A stretch of 64,000 nucleotides of DNA from Yuukianura sp. NJ FZ-2021 (GCA_046563655.1 CM102283.1:868001-932000); one strand, 5' to 3'; shown: positions 50,047 to 61,904, numbered from the stretch's first letter. Notes: a model not told the origin generated them from the sequence alone. Translations and numbers: made by a program.

Positions 50047-52296
50047 TTATTTTCTTACTAATTTATTCATTTTCGCTTTGGATTTTTTACCTAATGTTTT
50101 ACAACATTTCACAAAGTTTTGGTACAACAGGTACCAATTATGGCGCAAATATTCGCACACAAATGTAAATATTGTAGGGACTAAAAGTCCAAGCAATAAT
50201 GCAAATGTTACCCAAATTTTATCGCTCAAAGTTAGAGACTTTACAATAATCTTGTTCTTAGGAATTTTAGTCTGTTCATTTATTACACGGTAATAATTAT
50301 CTAGATTTCTCCAAAAGTTAACAATTCCCGCTTCTTCCATTGATTTCAAAGCCGGACGTATTTTTGGATCTGTTACGCGGTAAAGTTTCCATCCAACGGT
50401 TATATCTCCTAAGCTATCTTTTCCTTTAGCAAGGGTTTTACTACTTTGATCGGCAGATATTTTCCATAGCGCGTATTCCATGTCAATTACATTTGACCAG
50501 TCAGCATAAGCTGCACTGCAATTCTTGATTAACATAGTGAGTGGTTCTTGTTCTCCAATGTTGTTATAATCAATATCATCCCAAGGTATAAATAATTTGT
50601 CTACAACGTTTCGTAATATTTGTGGTACATAACTACTATTACCCTCTCTAACAAATCTTTTCCACCAAAAATGCGGATTTTTTCCAAGAGTTGCATAGAT
50701 TATCGGAGTTACAATTTGTTCTGCATAATCTGGAAGCAAATTAGGATAGTCTATTGTTTCTTCATTCAAATTCATTTCATGCTTGATAGTTTTTCCTTGA
50801 CGACTTGAATTTTCCCATAAATCTCTTATTGCCTTTTGCTCCTTTTTCCATGTTCCTTTGAAGTAGCTTATAACACCAAACTGTGGGCGTATGTAAATGT
50901 TCAAATTCTTAGCTACCAAATGATCAAAAGTTGTTACAAGTGTTGGAACTCTAGGTGAAATTATATCAGTAGTAAAAACACTTCTGTAACCATTAGTAAC
51001 TATAATTAAGGCCAATGACATTGTACCTACGATCCAATACATAGCGGGTAGACGGCGAGGGTTACCAGCGGATTCTATACTATGTTCTACCAATGTAGAA
51101 TACACAGTCAAAAATCCATCATACTTTATACCTTTGACCTTTGACACAACGTTAGCCGTTACACCCAAGCCAAAAAGTGTAGTAACCACAATAGCCCAAA
51201 TATTAATTGTAAAAGGAGCAACTAAAGTTATCAAATCAGAGGTATCTTCTAGTAGACCATCACAAGTTAAAAATATAAATCTTAAATTAGTTGAAATGTA
51301 AGGAGTGCGTTCACGCGACTTAAAGTTAACAGAAGGAATTATCCTCCAATCATCGGTTTGATTATTGTATTTACCAAATAGTTCGGTTGTCCAAATTGTA
51401 GTTCTATTAGTCATAGCTGTTTTAAGTAAAATGGATTCCCATGTACCACACTTGTATTTATAAGGTGACAAATACAAAACATTATGTGGGGTTCCACTCC
51501 ATATCCAATTTTGGTGTTTGTCTACGGCTTTCCATTGTTCCTTAAGACTAGTTAAGTTTTTAGGATTTGTTAGCAAAATTAGTTTATGGGATAAATAGAT
51601 GCAACGTTGACAAATTACCCAACTTTGCCCAATTTCATAAGTGCTCGACCTTGGCCCCAGCACGGCATCTGAAAAGTACTTGCTTGTCCTCGTGAGGTTG
51701 TGTAAAGAGTAAACAAGAAATTGGTATACGCTAAGAAAGTCTATTCCATACCATGCTGCTTTATGGTACCAGTGGTGAATTAGTGTTTCACAGTAAGGTG
51801 CAACCAATGAAAAGATGCTTGAACGGTCCAGTACAAATTCATTTAAACCAACATTCGCAAATTGGTATTTCCTTAAAAGATCATTCCGCCATGGCCTTGG
51901 CCAAAGATATAAATTCCAAGGAACGGGTACATTTAGTGCCGTTATTTTTGATTCTGATATACCAAATGACGTGATGAGTAAAATGTAATTGAAACATTTG
52001 AATCTGAAATGTGGTTCTGGATGTATCATTTTTTCATGTGGAACTAATGAATTGTAGAACGATGACCTGCTCATGTTGTTCCAAAAGTCGAATCCACTCT
52101 CCATGTATACCACATCTTGAGTAGTTACTGGGAAATTGAATGGTTCATAATCTATTTTGTTACTGTTGATCAAGTGAATGTTGCATTCAGTAGTAAATGG
52201 ACTAAACCATGAATTTAAATCTATCCATTCTGATTTAGTAGTTGGTATTATACAACCAACGGACAACAATATGCAACTACATAATAGCCGAAGCAT
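50047..52296 (-). CDS. Divergent ionotropic receptor (variant iGluR chemoreceptor), intronless, 749 aa
   Basis: Signal peptide; pre-M1 motif APFTINIW plus TM; pore segment STLVEHS; TM WIVGTMSLALIIVTNGYRSVFTTDIISP; TFDHLV; S2 motif EAGIVNFW; final TM KSLTLSDKIWVTFALLLGLLVPTIFTFVCE. Confidence 0.85.
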   Translation of the reverse strand: MLRLLCSCILLSVGCIIPTTKSEWIDLNSWFSPFTTECNIHLINSNKIDYEPFNFPVTTQDVVYMESGFDFWNNMSRSSFYNSLVPHEKMIHPEPHFRFKCFNYILLITSFGISESKITALNVPVPWNLYLWPRPWRNDLLRKYQFANVGLNEFVLDRSSIFSLVAPYCETLIHHWYHKAAWYGIDFLSVYQFLVYSLHNLTRTSKYFSDAVLGPRSSTYEIGQSWVICQRCIYLSHKLILLTNPKNLTSLKEQWKAVDKHQNWIWSGTPHNVLYLSPYKYKCGTWESILLKTAMTNRTTIWTTELFGKYNNQTDDWRIIPSVNFKSRERTPYISTNLRFIFLTCDGLLEDTSDLITLVAPFTINIWAIVVTTLFGLGVTANVVSKVKGIKYDGFLTVYSTLVEHSIESAGNPRRLPAMYWIVGTMSLALIIVTNGYRSVFTTDIISPRVPTLVTTFDHLVAKNLNIYIRPQFGVISYFKGTWKKEQKAIRDLWENSSRQGKTIKHEMNLNEETIDYPNLLPDYAEQIVTPIIYATLGKNPHFWWKRFVREGNSSYVPQILRNVVDKLFIPWDDIDYNNIGEQEPLTMLIKNCSAAYADWSNVIDMEYALWKISADQSSKTLAKGKDSLGDITVGWKLYRVTDPKIRPALKSMEEAGIVNFWRNLDNYYRVINEQTKIPKNKIIVKSLTLSDKIWVTFALLLGLLVPTIFTFVCEYLRHNWYLLYQNFVKCCKTLGKKSKAKMNKLVRK

Positions 52297-52450
52297 TTTG
52301 AACTAAAAGTAAGTACTACCTATTTGAAATGTTGATGAAAACTGTTGGCAATATCTGTTTTTCGGGCTGATATTTCCTGGCATTCAAAACAAGACGGAGT
52401 TCCACAGGGATTTTTACCGAAAAAAAAAAACAAACCTATCAAAATTGAAA

Positions 52451-52978
52451 GGTTCCAGGTCATAGCCGCCAATCCAAAAGCGGCCAATTCCATAGGAGCC
52501 AATCAATAGCGGCCAATTTCTAAAGCGGCCAATTTCTAAAGCGGCCAATTTCTAAAGCGGCCAATTTCTAAAGCCGCCAATTCCTTAGCGGCCAATCCCA
52601 AAGCAGCCAACGTCAATACCCGCCAATGATTAAAGCCGACAAAATTAGAAACTGCTGATTATAAGGTAAGGTAATCACCTTGCGTGGTAATTCACATTAG
52701 CGTGACCTAACCAAACCCAACCTATGTTAATCAAGCATAACACAACCTAAATAGCCTAACCTAATTAAATTAAAACCAGTTTTTAGTTTTATCGGCTTTA
52801 ATCATTGGCGGCTATTGACGTTGGCTGCTTTGGGTTTGGCCGCAAAGGAATTGGCGGCTTTAGAAATTGGCCGCTTTAGGATTGGCCGCTAAGGGATTGG
52901 CCGCTTTAGAAATTGGCCGCTATTAATTGGCTCCTATGGGATTGGCCGCTTTTGGATTGGCGGCTATGACCTGCTACG
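52451..52978. mobile_element. Foldback/MULE-like MITE with long modular inverted arms and 8-bp TSD
   Basis: ~190-bp inverted arms built of 16-bp gcggccaatttctaaa subrepeats, a cctaac-rich centre, and AATTGAAA directly repeated at 52443-52450 and 52979-52986. Confidence 0.88.
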
Positions 52979-54050
52979 AATTGAAATCCCGCTTGGTTAT
53001 TATGTTCATGTCAACTTTAAAATGAACAACAAAAATGTCCCTAAGGTAATATTCCTCCTAGCCATTGTAAAGTATGCAACGAATTTAATGCAGAAAAATA
53101 ACTAGAGGACGAGCATAAAATGCAATCGAGTGCAAATGACTAATGTTGCATGCAAGCCATTCTTGAGTAAACAGAAATTGGAATCGATTGCTGGACACAG
53201 GACAGGAATCGTATAATAATTGATTGAAGTGTTGAATTGCGAGTTGAATCCGTACTTATAATCGACCAAAATTTGTAATCTATAATCGTAATTACGTGGC
53301 AGTTTCGGTAAAAGTCGATCAATTCAATTCAAAAGATTGCCAGTTGTGTTAGCATTTTTTTATTCTCAATTTGTTTTAGTTCACACCATACCGATATACA
53401 TAAATTAGTACTTATACCATAATTACAGCCAATTCTTTATAAGCATCCCAAGCTAATCAATATGTTTAATAAACCGGTTGTAAACCGCCCATAATGATAA
53501 TAGCGAAGAATAGGGAAGTTTTGTAAATCACACTGAAGCCTCCCCCCACCTCCAAAGGTGAGCGGGGGTGTGTTCCCCCAACTTTCCCGCCCCGCCGGGG
53601 GAGTGGGGTTGTGTTTTCCAGCTTTTTTTTCCGCGAACTGTTTGAACCGGCAAGTGACACTTGAGGGTGACAGGTGACACGCGGCACGTGACAGGTGACA
53701 CCCGGTACGTGACAGGTGACAGGTGACACCCGGGAAGTGAGAGGTGACAGGTGACACCCGGTGGACACAGTGCATGAGTGTGTAATGTGTGTACTATGTC
53801 AACTGCGTAATAGATTCTTTGCTAAGCAGAGAACCAACTCCCATGCCAATTGCCTTTCCAGTCTCACAAGCAGAGTTTTTTTTACCCACACTTGCATTAC
53901 AAATGACCTTTGAAATCGATTTTGACCCGGAAGCAGGTGACCTAGGGTCACACATTAAACACAAAAGTTGTTGGTCTCGATGAGATGAACAACTTTTGTA
54001 GAGGTCGTTTTCCGGGTTACCATGGTTGAAACCGGTTGACCTTGACCTAT

Positions 54051-57000
54051 TGAGACGCCTGCTCGTCCGTATAGTTAGTAGAGTGTTAGGTTAGGGGCAG
54101 GTTGAGATGATGATGTGGCTCGCGGTAGATTTGAGTTGAGGCGAGGAGCGAGCGAGCAGAGGAGTTTTGTATATACTAGAGTCAGTCTGGTTTTGGGATT
54201 GTGGGAGAGAGGAGATCAGAGTTAGATATTATTTAGTGATGATTGATCATTGTGTATATTGATTATTTTTCATCAGTTATTAAATATATTTTATATATTT
54301 AACCGCTGATGTGGTTTCCAGTGTTTTGTGAGTTTTGGTCTTTGGGCAGTTGTGGGATCTGCTGATCAGTGATTGAGAGTCTGAGGGCGTGGCTGCGGTC
54401 ATATTTCTGGAGGAGTAGCGGTGCGAGACGCTACACAGTGGCGACCGTTCGTGACACAACTACCAAAGGTCAGTAAGGTCATCCCGGGTCAAAGTCAATT
54501 GAGCAGAAAATTGACAAGTTTTTGATCAGCTGCGGTTGTTCATTGTGAAAGTGCATAGAGTCATTACGATGGCTTTCATAGTCATTTAGGAGTCCACTTG
54601 TGGGCTCCAATCATGTCAAAGGTCACCGATGACCAAAAAGTAGATAATTAGTGAAGTGTACAGTGCATATGGATAAACCAGACAAGTAAGAAGCATGGCA
54701 GTGTATTCTAAAAGTGATGTAGAAAAAATTGTGAATGTGGCCATGCATAAGATGATGGAAAGCATGCAGGAGGTAGTTACAAAGTTAGCAGAGGGAGTCG
54801 CTGCTGCGGCTCCAATCATGAGTGGTGGAAGTGATCACACACAGGCGCTCATTTCGGCCCTGGAAAATGTGCAATTCACTTCAGCACCAACGATGTTGTT
54901 AGTTCCAAAGTCTGCCGCTCTGAAGAAGGAGGCAGTAGTGTATATGTGTGATCTACATAAGTGCAGTGATTGTGTGGTTGAAGTGAACCACAAATGCCAC
55001 AGTTGTGACAAAGTGAATTCAAAAATTTCCAAAAGTGTAAAAATGAAGAATGAAGCATGTGTTAATTTAAAAAATCATAGCCATTGCTCAAATGGCAGAG
55101 GAGTCAACCCAGTTGGCTCCAATTCAAGAAAATTTTATGGAAATGGAGGGTTACGAGGAAATCGTAGTGGAGGTGTTAGTGCCCATGGAAGTGAAAGTGT
55201 GATTAAAAATGTGAACGAGAAGAAGGATGATGATGTATTGTGTTATCGTTGCTCCGGCTACGGCCATAAGCAATTCCAGTGTCGAATGCCAGTGCGTGGG
55301 GCCAGTGGATCTTCGCGATCAGCTGTTTCAGAGAAAGTACCGGAAGGGTACAATGAGTATGGAGAGACAAGTGATGAAGTGAATAGTGACGTTGATCCAG
55401 AAAATTTAAACTAAAAATGAAAAATGACTTTTCGTCCATCATGCAACCTTGTGTACAGTTATGTGACGATAAATTAATTAAGTTTTTGGAGGAATTTAAC
55501 AAACTTGTGCGTGTTACAAGTTATAAGTGAAAAGTTTTGGCTATTATTAAATTTGTGTGTGTTAAAAAAGTGCTTGTTGGGTTACAATTAGTGTTAGTAT
55601 CTTGTGAGTCGCATTTTAGCGGCTCCAATCAAGTGTACATAGTGTGTTATTGGAAAGTGGTGGTAGTGATGATGAAAAGGAAATTGTTGAATCCGGAAAT
55701 TAAGACATGGAGAGTTCCTCATAAATATCAGATTGGCTGGCAGTACATGGAAGCGGACGCGTTTTCGTGGACTCCAGCGACGTCAGAAGATGGAAATTAT
55801 GGTTGCGACCAGGACTCTCCCGAAGGCAGTTGCTTGCTAAGTCGACTGGCAGCACTGTGCTTCAAAATTCCAAGGATCTAGGAAATGAAATGTGCAGTGA
55901 GAAGTGTAGTGAAACGTGTTTATAGCGACAATTTGTATGGCCATGAAAATGGCTTACTGCAGAATGATGGATTCGTAGGAGTCCACATTAAAGAGAGCAT
56001 TTGCCCGGCCACGTTGCTGAAGTGCGGTGTTACTCTAGCTCCAAACAGTGAGCTTTTACAAAAAATGCTACGGAGGGTCTCAATCCCTCAAAATCAAGAA
56101 GAGAGCGTTTGCCCGGCCACGTTGCTGAAGTGCGGCGTTACTCTAGCTCCTAAATGTGAGCTTAATAGTGCTGCGCTGCTAAAAAGTCAAATTTTAAAAG
56201 TGAGTTCAAGTGTGGTGAAGTGAATATTATTGGAAAAAATCAGTTGAATTGGATTGTTTCGCTTCAAGTTCTGTGTTGTGAGGGTCTCACTGTCCCGTAA
56301 AGTGAAGGAAGGAGGAACACAGAATTTGTAGCAGTGCATGAGTGAAATTATTGAAATTTGTGTATTCAGGGTCTTATCCCCTAAAAAAAAGATTAAACAA
56401 TGAAAAAATTTAAAAGTTTTGTGTGTAAAAGTGAATTAATTGGTTTTTAAATTGGTGTAAGTGCTGCGGTATTCTGTCTACAAATTCTGAGTCGTTTGGG
56501 TCTCACTGTCCCGTAAAGTGAAGGAAGGTGGAACTCAGAATCTGTAGCAGCGGAAAGGAGTCAAGTCATTGGCTTCAAAGTGTTTGCGTTGTTGTGGTGC
56601 TCATTGTCTGCAATTTCGACTGTTGGGGGTCTCACTGTCCCGTATAAAGTGATGGAAGGTGCAGTCGCAAATTTGTGGAAATGCAGTGACAGTGGAGTCC
56701 ATTTATGGGCTCCAATCCAGTTCATTTTGAGAACATTTAGTGAAAGTGCAAGTGTTGACGTGATGGATCATCAGGGAGGACTCCGATGCTGCGGTTGACG
56801 TTTACTATGATGAAGACTCCGCTGATGTCCATGATGAGATGACGGTGAGGATGATGCCGATGGAGATGGAGTTGCAGAGATCCGGGAGTAGCAGTCGTCT
56901 GCGGAGCTGCTGCAGTTGGATGTCGCCCGTGGTTCGACTGGCACGCCATCCATCGGAAGGGGGAACGTGAGACGCCTGCTCGTCCGTATAGTTAGTAGAG

Positions 57001-57352
57001 TGTTAGGTTAGGGGCAGGTTGAGATGATGATGTGGCTCGCGGTAGATTTGAGTTGAGGCGAGGAGCGAGCGAGCAGAGGAGTTTTGTATATACTAGAGTC
57101 AGTCTGGTTTTGGGATTGTGGGAGAGAGGAGATCAGAGTTAGATATTATTTAGTGATGATTGATCATTGTGTATATTGATTATTTTTCATCAGCTTATTA
57201 AATATGTTTTATATATTTAACCGCTGATGTGGTTTCCAGTGTTTTGTGAGTTTTGGTCTTTGGCTGGTTGTGGGATCTGCGGATCAGTGACGAGAGTCTG
57301 AGGGCGTGGCTGCGGTCATATTTCTGGAGGAGTAGCGGTGCGAGACGCTACA
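54051..57352 (+). mobile_element. Non-autonomous Ty3/gypsy-type LTR retrotransposon (3.3 kb, gag only)
   Basis: 385-bp LTRs TG...CA at 54051-54435 and 56968-57352; 4-bp TSD CTAT; PBS tggcgaccgt just after the 5' LTR; PPT ggaagggggaa before the 3' LTR. Confidence 0.95.
54695..55414 (+). CDS. Gag-like protein with CCHC zinc knuckle (239 aa) in LTR element
   Basis: First ORF after the PBS, with knuckle CYRCSGYGHKQFQC preceded by a Gly/Arg/Asn-rich stretch. Confidence 0.75.
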   Translation: MAVYSKSDVEKIVNVAMHKMMESMQEVVTKLAEGVAAAAPIMSGGSDHTQALISALENVQFTSAPTMLLVPKSAALKKEAVVYMCDLHKCSDCVVEVNHKCHSCDKVNSKISKSVKMKNEACVNLKNHSHCSNGRGVNPVGSNSRKFYGNGGLRGNRSGGVSAHGSESVIKNVNEKKDDDVLCYRCSGYGHKQFQCRMPVRGASGSSRSAVSEKVPEGYNEYGETSDEVNSDVDPENLN

Positions 57353-57705
57353 CTATGACCCGGAAGGAGTTGACACACGGGGGTCATATTCAATAGTGAA
57401 TAGGTCCGGGTCATGACATGGTCACTGGTGAAAACCCGGTTGAAATTGGTCCAACAGTTCCGGAGCAAATCATTCTAATGTTTTCCGGGACAGACAGACG
57501 GACGGACAGACAAACCTCTTTTATCATAATAGCTTCGCTATTATAATAAATAATTTCAATGTCTTTTTTAAGTTTCATTAGTGTTCACTTATGCCTTAAA
57601 ACCTCAAGTATATGACTGTTTTCAATAGGTCTCGGTTGTACAAAATAGGATATTACAACAACCGGGTTTGTGATAGAAGTTTTACGGTATTCTGTATTTT
57701 ACTAT

Positions 57706-59956
57706 TTAAGTGTATACTCTCACTTTGTCCCTAGTACTTAATTTTTTACAGCATTTTGTAAAGGCTTGATACAACTGATGGAAATTATCTATAACATATT
57801 CAACCACAAATGTCAATACTGCCGGCGCTAGAAATCCAAGCAAGACAGCAAATGCTACCCAAACCTTATCACTCAAAGTTAAAGACTTTACAATAATGTT
57901 GTTGTTAGGAGTTTTAGTTTGCTTATGTATCAGAAAGTAATAATTATCTAAGTTTCTCCAAAATTTTACAATTCCCGCTTCCTCCATTAATGTCAAAGTT
58001 GGACGAATTTTTGGATCCGTTATGCGGTACAGTTTCCATCCGACGGTTATATTTCCCAAACTATCTTTTCCTTTTGCAAGGGTTTTACTACCTTGATCAT
58101 CTGAAATTTTCCATAAGGCGTGTTCCATATCAATTACATTTGACCAGTCAGCGTAAGCCGCACTACAATTCTTGACTAACATAGTCAGTGGTTCTTCTTC
58201 TCTAATGTTGTGATAATCAATATCATCCCACGGTACAAATAATTTGTCTACAACATTTCGTATTACCTGTGGCACATAACTACTATTACTTTCTCTAACA
58301 AATCTTTTCCACCAGAAATGCGCATTTTTTCCTAGAGTTGCATAGATCATTGGAATTATAATTTCATATGCATAATTTGGAAGCAAATTAGGATCGTCTA
58401 TTGTTTCTTCATTAAAATTAATTTCTTGCTTGATAGGTTTACCTTGCCGTGTTAAATTTTCCCATGAATCTCGTATTTTCTTTTGCTCGTATTTCCATTG
58501 CACTCTGAAGTAGGATACAGCACCAGGCTGGGGGCGTATGTAAATCGTCAAATTTTTAGCTACCAAGTGATCGAAAGTGGTAACGAGTGTTGGAACTCTA
58601 GGTGAAATTATATCAGTGGTGAAACAGCTTCTGTAACCATTGGTAACAATAATAAAGCCCAATGACATTGTACTTGCAATCCAGTACATGGCAGGTAGAC
58701 GATGTGGATTACCAGCTGATTCTAAACTATGTTCAAGTAATGTAGAATACACAGTTAAAAATCCATCACATTTTATACCTTTTACTTTTGATACTACATT
58801 AGCCGTTAAAGCCAAACCAAGAAGAGCGGTAATCAGGGATGCCCAAATATTGATTGTGAATGGGGCAACTAAACTTGTGAAATCTGATATATCTTCTATT
58901 AAGCCATCGCAAGTTAAAAATATAAATTTTAAATCAGTGGAAATGTAAGATGTAAGCTCCCGAGACTTAAAATTGACGGAAGGATACTTAGAAGACTTGT
59001 AATGATTTTTGTATTTACCAAATCCAAGTGATATATTGGTAAAAATCGTGGTACTATTAGTCATTGCTGTTTTAAGTACAATGGATTCCCATGTACCATA
59101 CTTGTATTTATAAGGTGACAAATACAAAACATTATGCGGAGTTCCACCCCATATCCAATTTTGGTGTTGGTCTACCGCTTTCCATTGTTCCTTAAGACTG
59201 GTAAAATTTTTAGGGTTTGTTAACAAAATTAGTTTGTGGAATAAATGGATGCATCGTTGACAAATTACCCAACCTTGCCCAATTTCATAGGTTGTTGGCC
59301 AGGCAACTTTATGCGAGGAATACCTGCTTGACCCACTGGTGATATAATGGTTTGAGCGTATGTCGGTCCTCGTGACGTTGTGTAAAGAGTAAACAACAAA
59401 CTGGTATACGCTAAGAAAATCGAGTCCGCCTTCCCATGCTGCTTTACGGTACCAGTGGTAAATTAGTGTTTCACTGTAAGGTGCATTTAAATTCATTTAA
59501 ACCAACAGTCGCAAAGTTGTATTGCCTTGTGTAGAATAGTTCATTTCGCCATGGGCGTGGCCAAAGATATAAATGCCTTGGAATAGGTACATTTTCTGTA
59601 GAAATTTTTGTCTCTGATGTACCAAATGATGTGATGAGTAAAATGAAATTAAAGCACTTGAATCTGAAATGAGGTTCTGGATGTATCATTTTTTCATTTG
59701 GAACTAATGAATTGTAGAACCCTGGCTTGTACTGGTTGTACCAAAAGTCGAATCCATTTTCGTTGTATACCACATCTTGAGTAGTTACTGGGAAACTGAA
59801 TGGTTCAAAATCTGTTTTATTGCAGTTGATTAAGTGGATGTTACATTCGGTAGTAAATGGACTAAACCATGGATTTAAATCTATCCATTCTGATTTAGTA
59901 GTAGGTATCATACAACCAACGGACAACAATATGCAACTACATACAAACCGAAACAT
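57706..59956 (-). pseudogene. Divergent ionotropic receptor paralog with frameshifting deletion at ~59485
   Basis: Two overlapping ORFs (59471-60091 and 57706-59496) together align end to end with the 50047-52296 protein. Start MFRFVCSCILL at 59956. Confidence 0.85.
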
Positions 59957-60343
59957 TTTCTGAATAAAAGTACGTACTACCGTATTTGAAATGTTGCTGA
60001 AAACTGTTGGCGATTTCCGTTTTACTGGATAACATTTTGTGGCATTTACAACAAAATGGTCTTCCACAGGGAGTTTTACTACAAAATTCACTATTTACCA
60101 CAAATGAAATCCCAATGGCTTATTTATTACCCTCATGTGAACTTTAAAAAAGCACAACAAAAGTGCCCCTAAGGTAATTGTTCATAGACATTATGTGTAG
60201 CGGCTTATTGTTGATTTATTAACATCATTTCTGTTGAAAACTACAGTTTTTTGAAATAGAAGACACGGGCATGGCATATTTCTTCGTGTTGCATCAAAAC
60301 CCTTCGCAGAGGGATTAGACCAGGGGACTTCGTCGTCTATTTT

Positions 60344-61110
60344 GGGTTGAAATAAACTTGAGAGACATGATTGTCCCCACCCGTTCAAATTTTCGCGCTG
60401 CTTCCATTGTCCCCACCCATTGTCCCCACTTGGTGGGGACAAATCTGTACCCACCAGCCTTAAACAATGACTCCCCCTAGCGGTTGGTGTCGAACTAACG
60501 AATTCGAGCTGGCAACGTTGTAGTGTTGCTTCTTGTATTCACTCGCTGTATAAAAGGCCATTAGGACACATGCAATCAATCTAGCGAGACTTCGTCAGCC
60601 AAACCTACGGACGTGATCACTATAGCGTGCTTTACCAAACCTAACGCCGCGCCTTCGGCGCGGAAACTGCAACGAAATTTTTGCGTTCAGTTTCAGCCTA
60701 AAACTTCGTGGTACAATGCAGTTTCCGCGCCGAAGGCGCGGCGTTAGGTTTGGTAAAGCACGCAATAGTGACTACGTCTGTTGGTTAGGTTTCGATGGTT
60801 AGGTTAGGTTAGGTTATGTCCGACAATAGTGATTTTGTCTGTAGGTTTTTCTGACTTAGTCTCACTATATTTATTACTTGTGCCCCTGAGTATTGGTATT
60901 GGAGCAACGGCACGACGTTGCCAACTCGAATTCGCTAGTTCCACTTCAGCCGCTAGAGGGACTCGGTGTAAGACGGGTGGGGACACATTTGTCCCCACCA
61001 AGTGGGGACAGATGTACCCACTTGGTGGGTACAATGGGTGGGGACAATGGAAGCAGCGCGAAAATTTGAACGGGTGGGGACAATCATGTCTCTCAAGTTT
61101 ACTTCAACCC
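60344..61110. mobile_element. Palindromic MITE with long TIRs and TATTTT target duplication
   Basis: gggttgaaataaacttgagagacatgattgtccccacccg... mirrors ...caatcatgtctctcaagtttacttcaaccc, with TATTTT at 60338-60343 and 61111-61116. A second inverted pair lies inside at ~60611-60778. Confidence 0.88.
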
Positions 61111-61904
61111 TATTTTGCACAAGCAAACAAAACGTCGATGTCGTGGTGATTTTATTAGAATCAAAGTGAAACTTTCAGAATTGCTGGTTGGTTTGTAAAA
61201 AAAAAGCTGGGGGTGGTGTATTAGGTTGTGTAGTCAGGAAAAGCGATTGAGGATTTCTCTAAAAAGAAAACTCTTAAAAATTATAACTTTTACACATACA
61301 AAACGATTGTTCGCGACTACTTATCTTATTGGCTGTAACTCTTAAGAGAGTTAAGGTATTTCAAATCCGAATGCAAACAAAACCCCTCGATGGCCTTCCG
61401 CAAATTTTGACACCTTGATCTTCCACGTCGAACCTGCAATTTGTAATTGATTTTAGAAGATGGTCAATCTGCAATAGATGCGAAACCGCGTCGTTAACCG
61501 TAACGCAGAAAAATAACCTGGCTTTCGGACAATCTAACAACACATTTTGTACGGTTCATACTCTCACAAGGACATACTCGAGTTGAGTGGAAACTAGTAG
61601 AAAAATTTAGCATTCATTGGCGAAATTCATATTCCCAAACAGATCACAATCAGGATCGAGTAATCCAATGTGGAGTTCCGTTGCGCGTTAGTGAAATCTG
61701 TATTTATATTCGACAAAATTTGTAACCTAGTATAGTAATCAAGTGAAGGTTCTTTTACAGTTGATCAAATTGAGTGCAAATTCAGAATTCGAAATTTTAG
61801 TCGTTGTGCAAATTAAAAGAATTGTCGGTTGTGTCACCATCATTTTTGTATTTTTTAAATTCTGGGTTTGAGTTCTTGCTCACGCCTTACCGCCATGCAA
61901 CAAT

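Larger units (their letters stand above)
53470..57547 (-). mobile_element. DINE-1/HINE-like non-autonomous Helentron element, split by LTR insertion
   Basis: SubTIR ataatagcgaag (~53498) pairs with cttcgctattat (~57532), which also forms the hairpin ataatagc-ttc-gctattat. GTCY microsatellite at 57488-57511, internal gtgacag repeats at 53654-53770, terminal stem-loop cggtt-gta-aaccg at ~53475-53487. Confidence 0.7.

Noticed and set aside
55537-56223. ORFs as a pol or env gene
   Set aside because: Short, with no protease, RT or integrase catalytic motifs; partly made of internal duplications.
60784-60815. TTAGG runs as telomere (also in the LTRs, ~8910, ~17070, ~52710)
   Set aside because: Only 2-4 degenerate copies each, interstitial and mostly inside transposon-like sequence.
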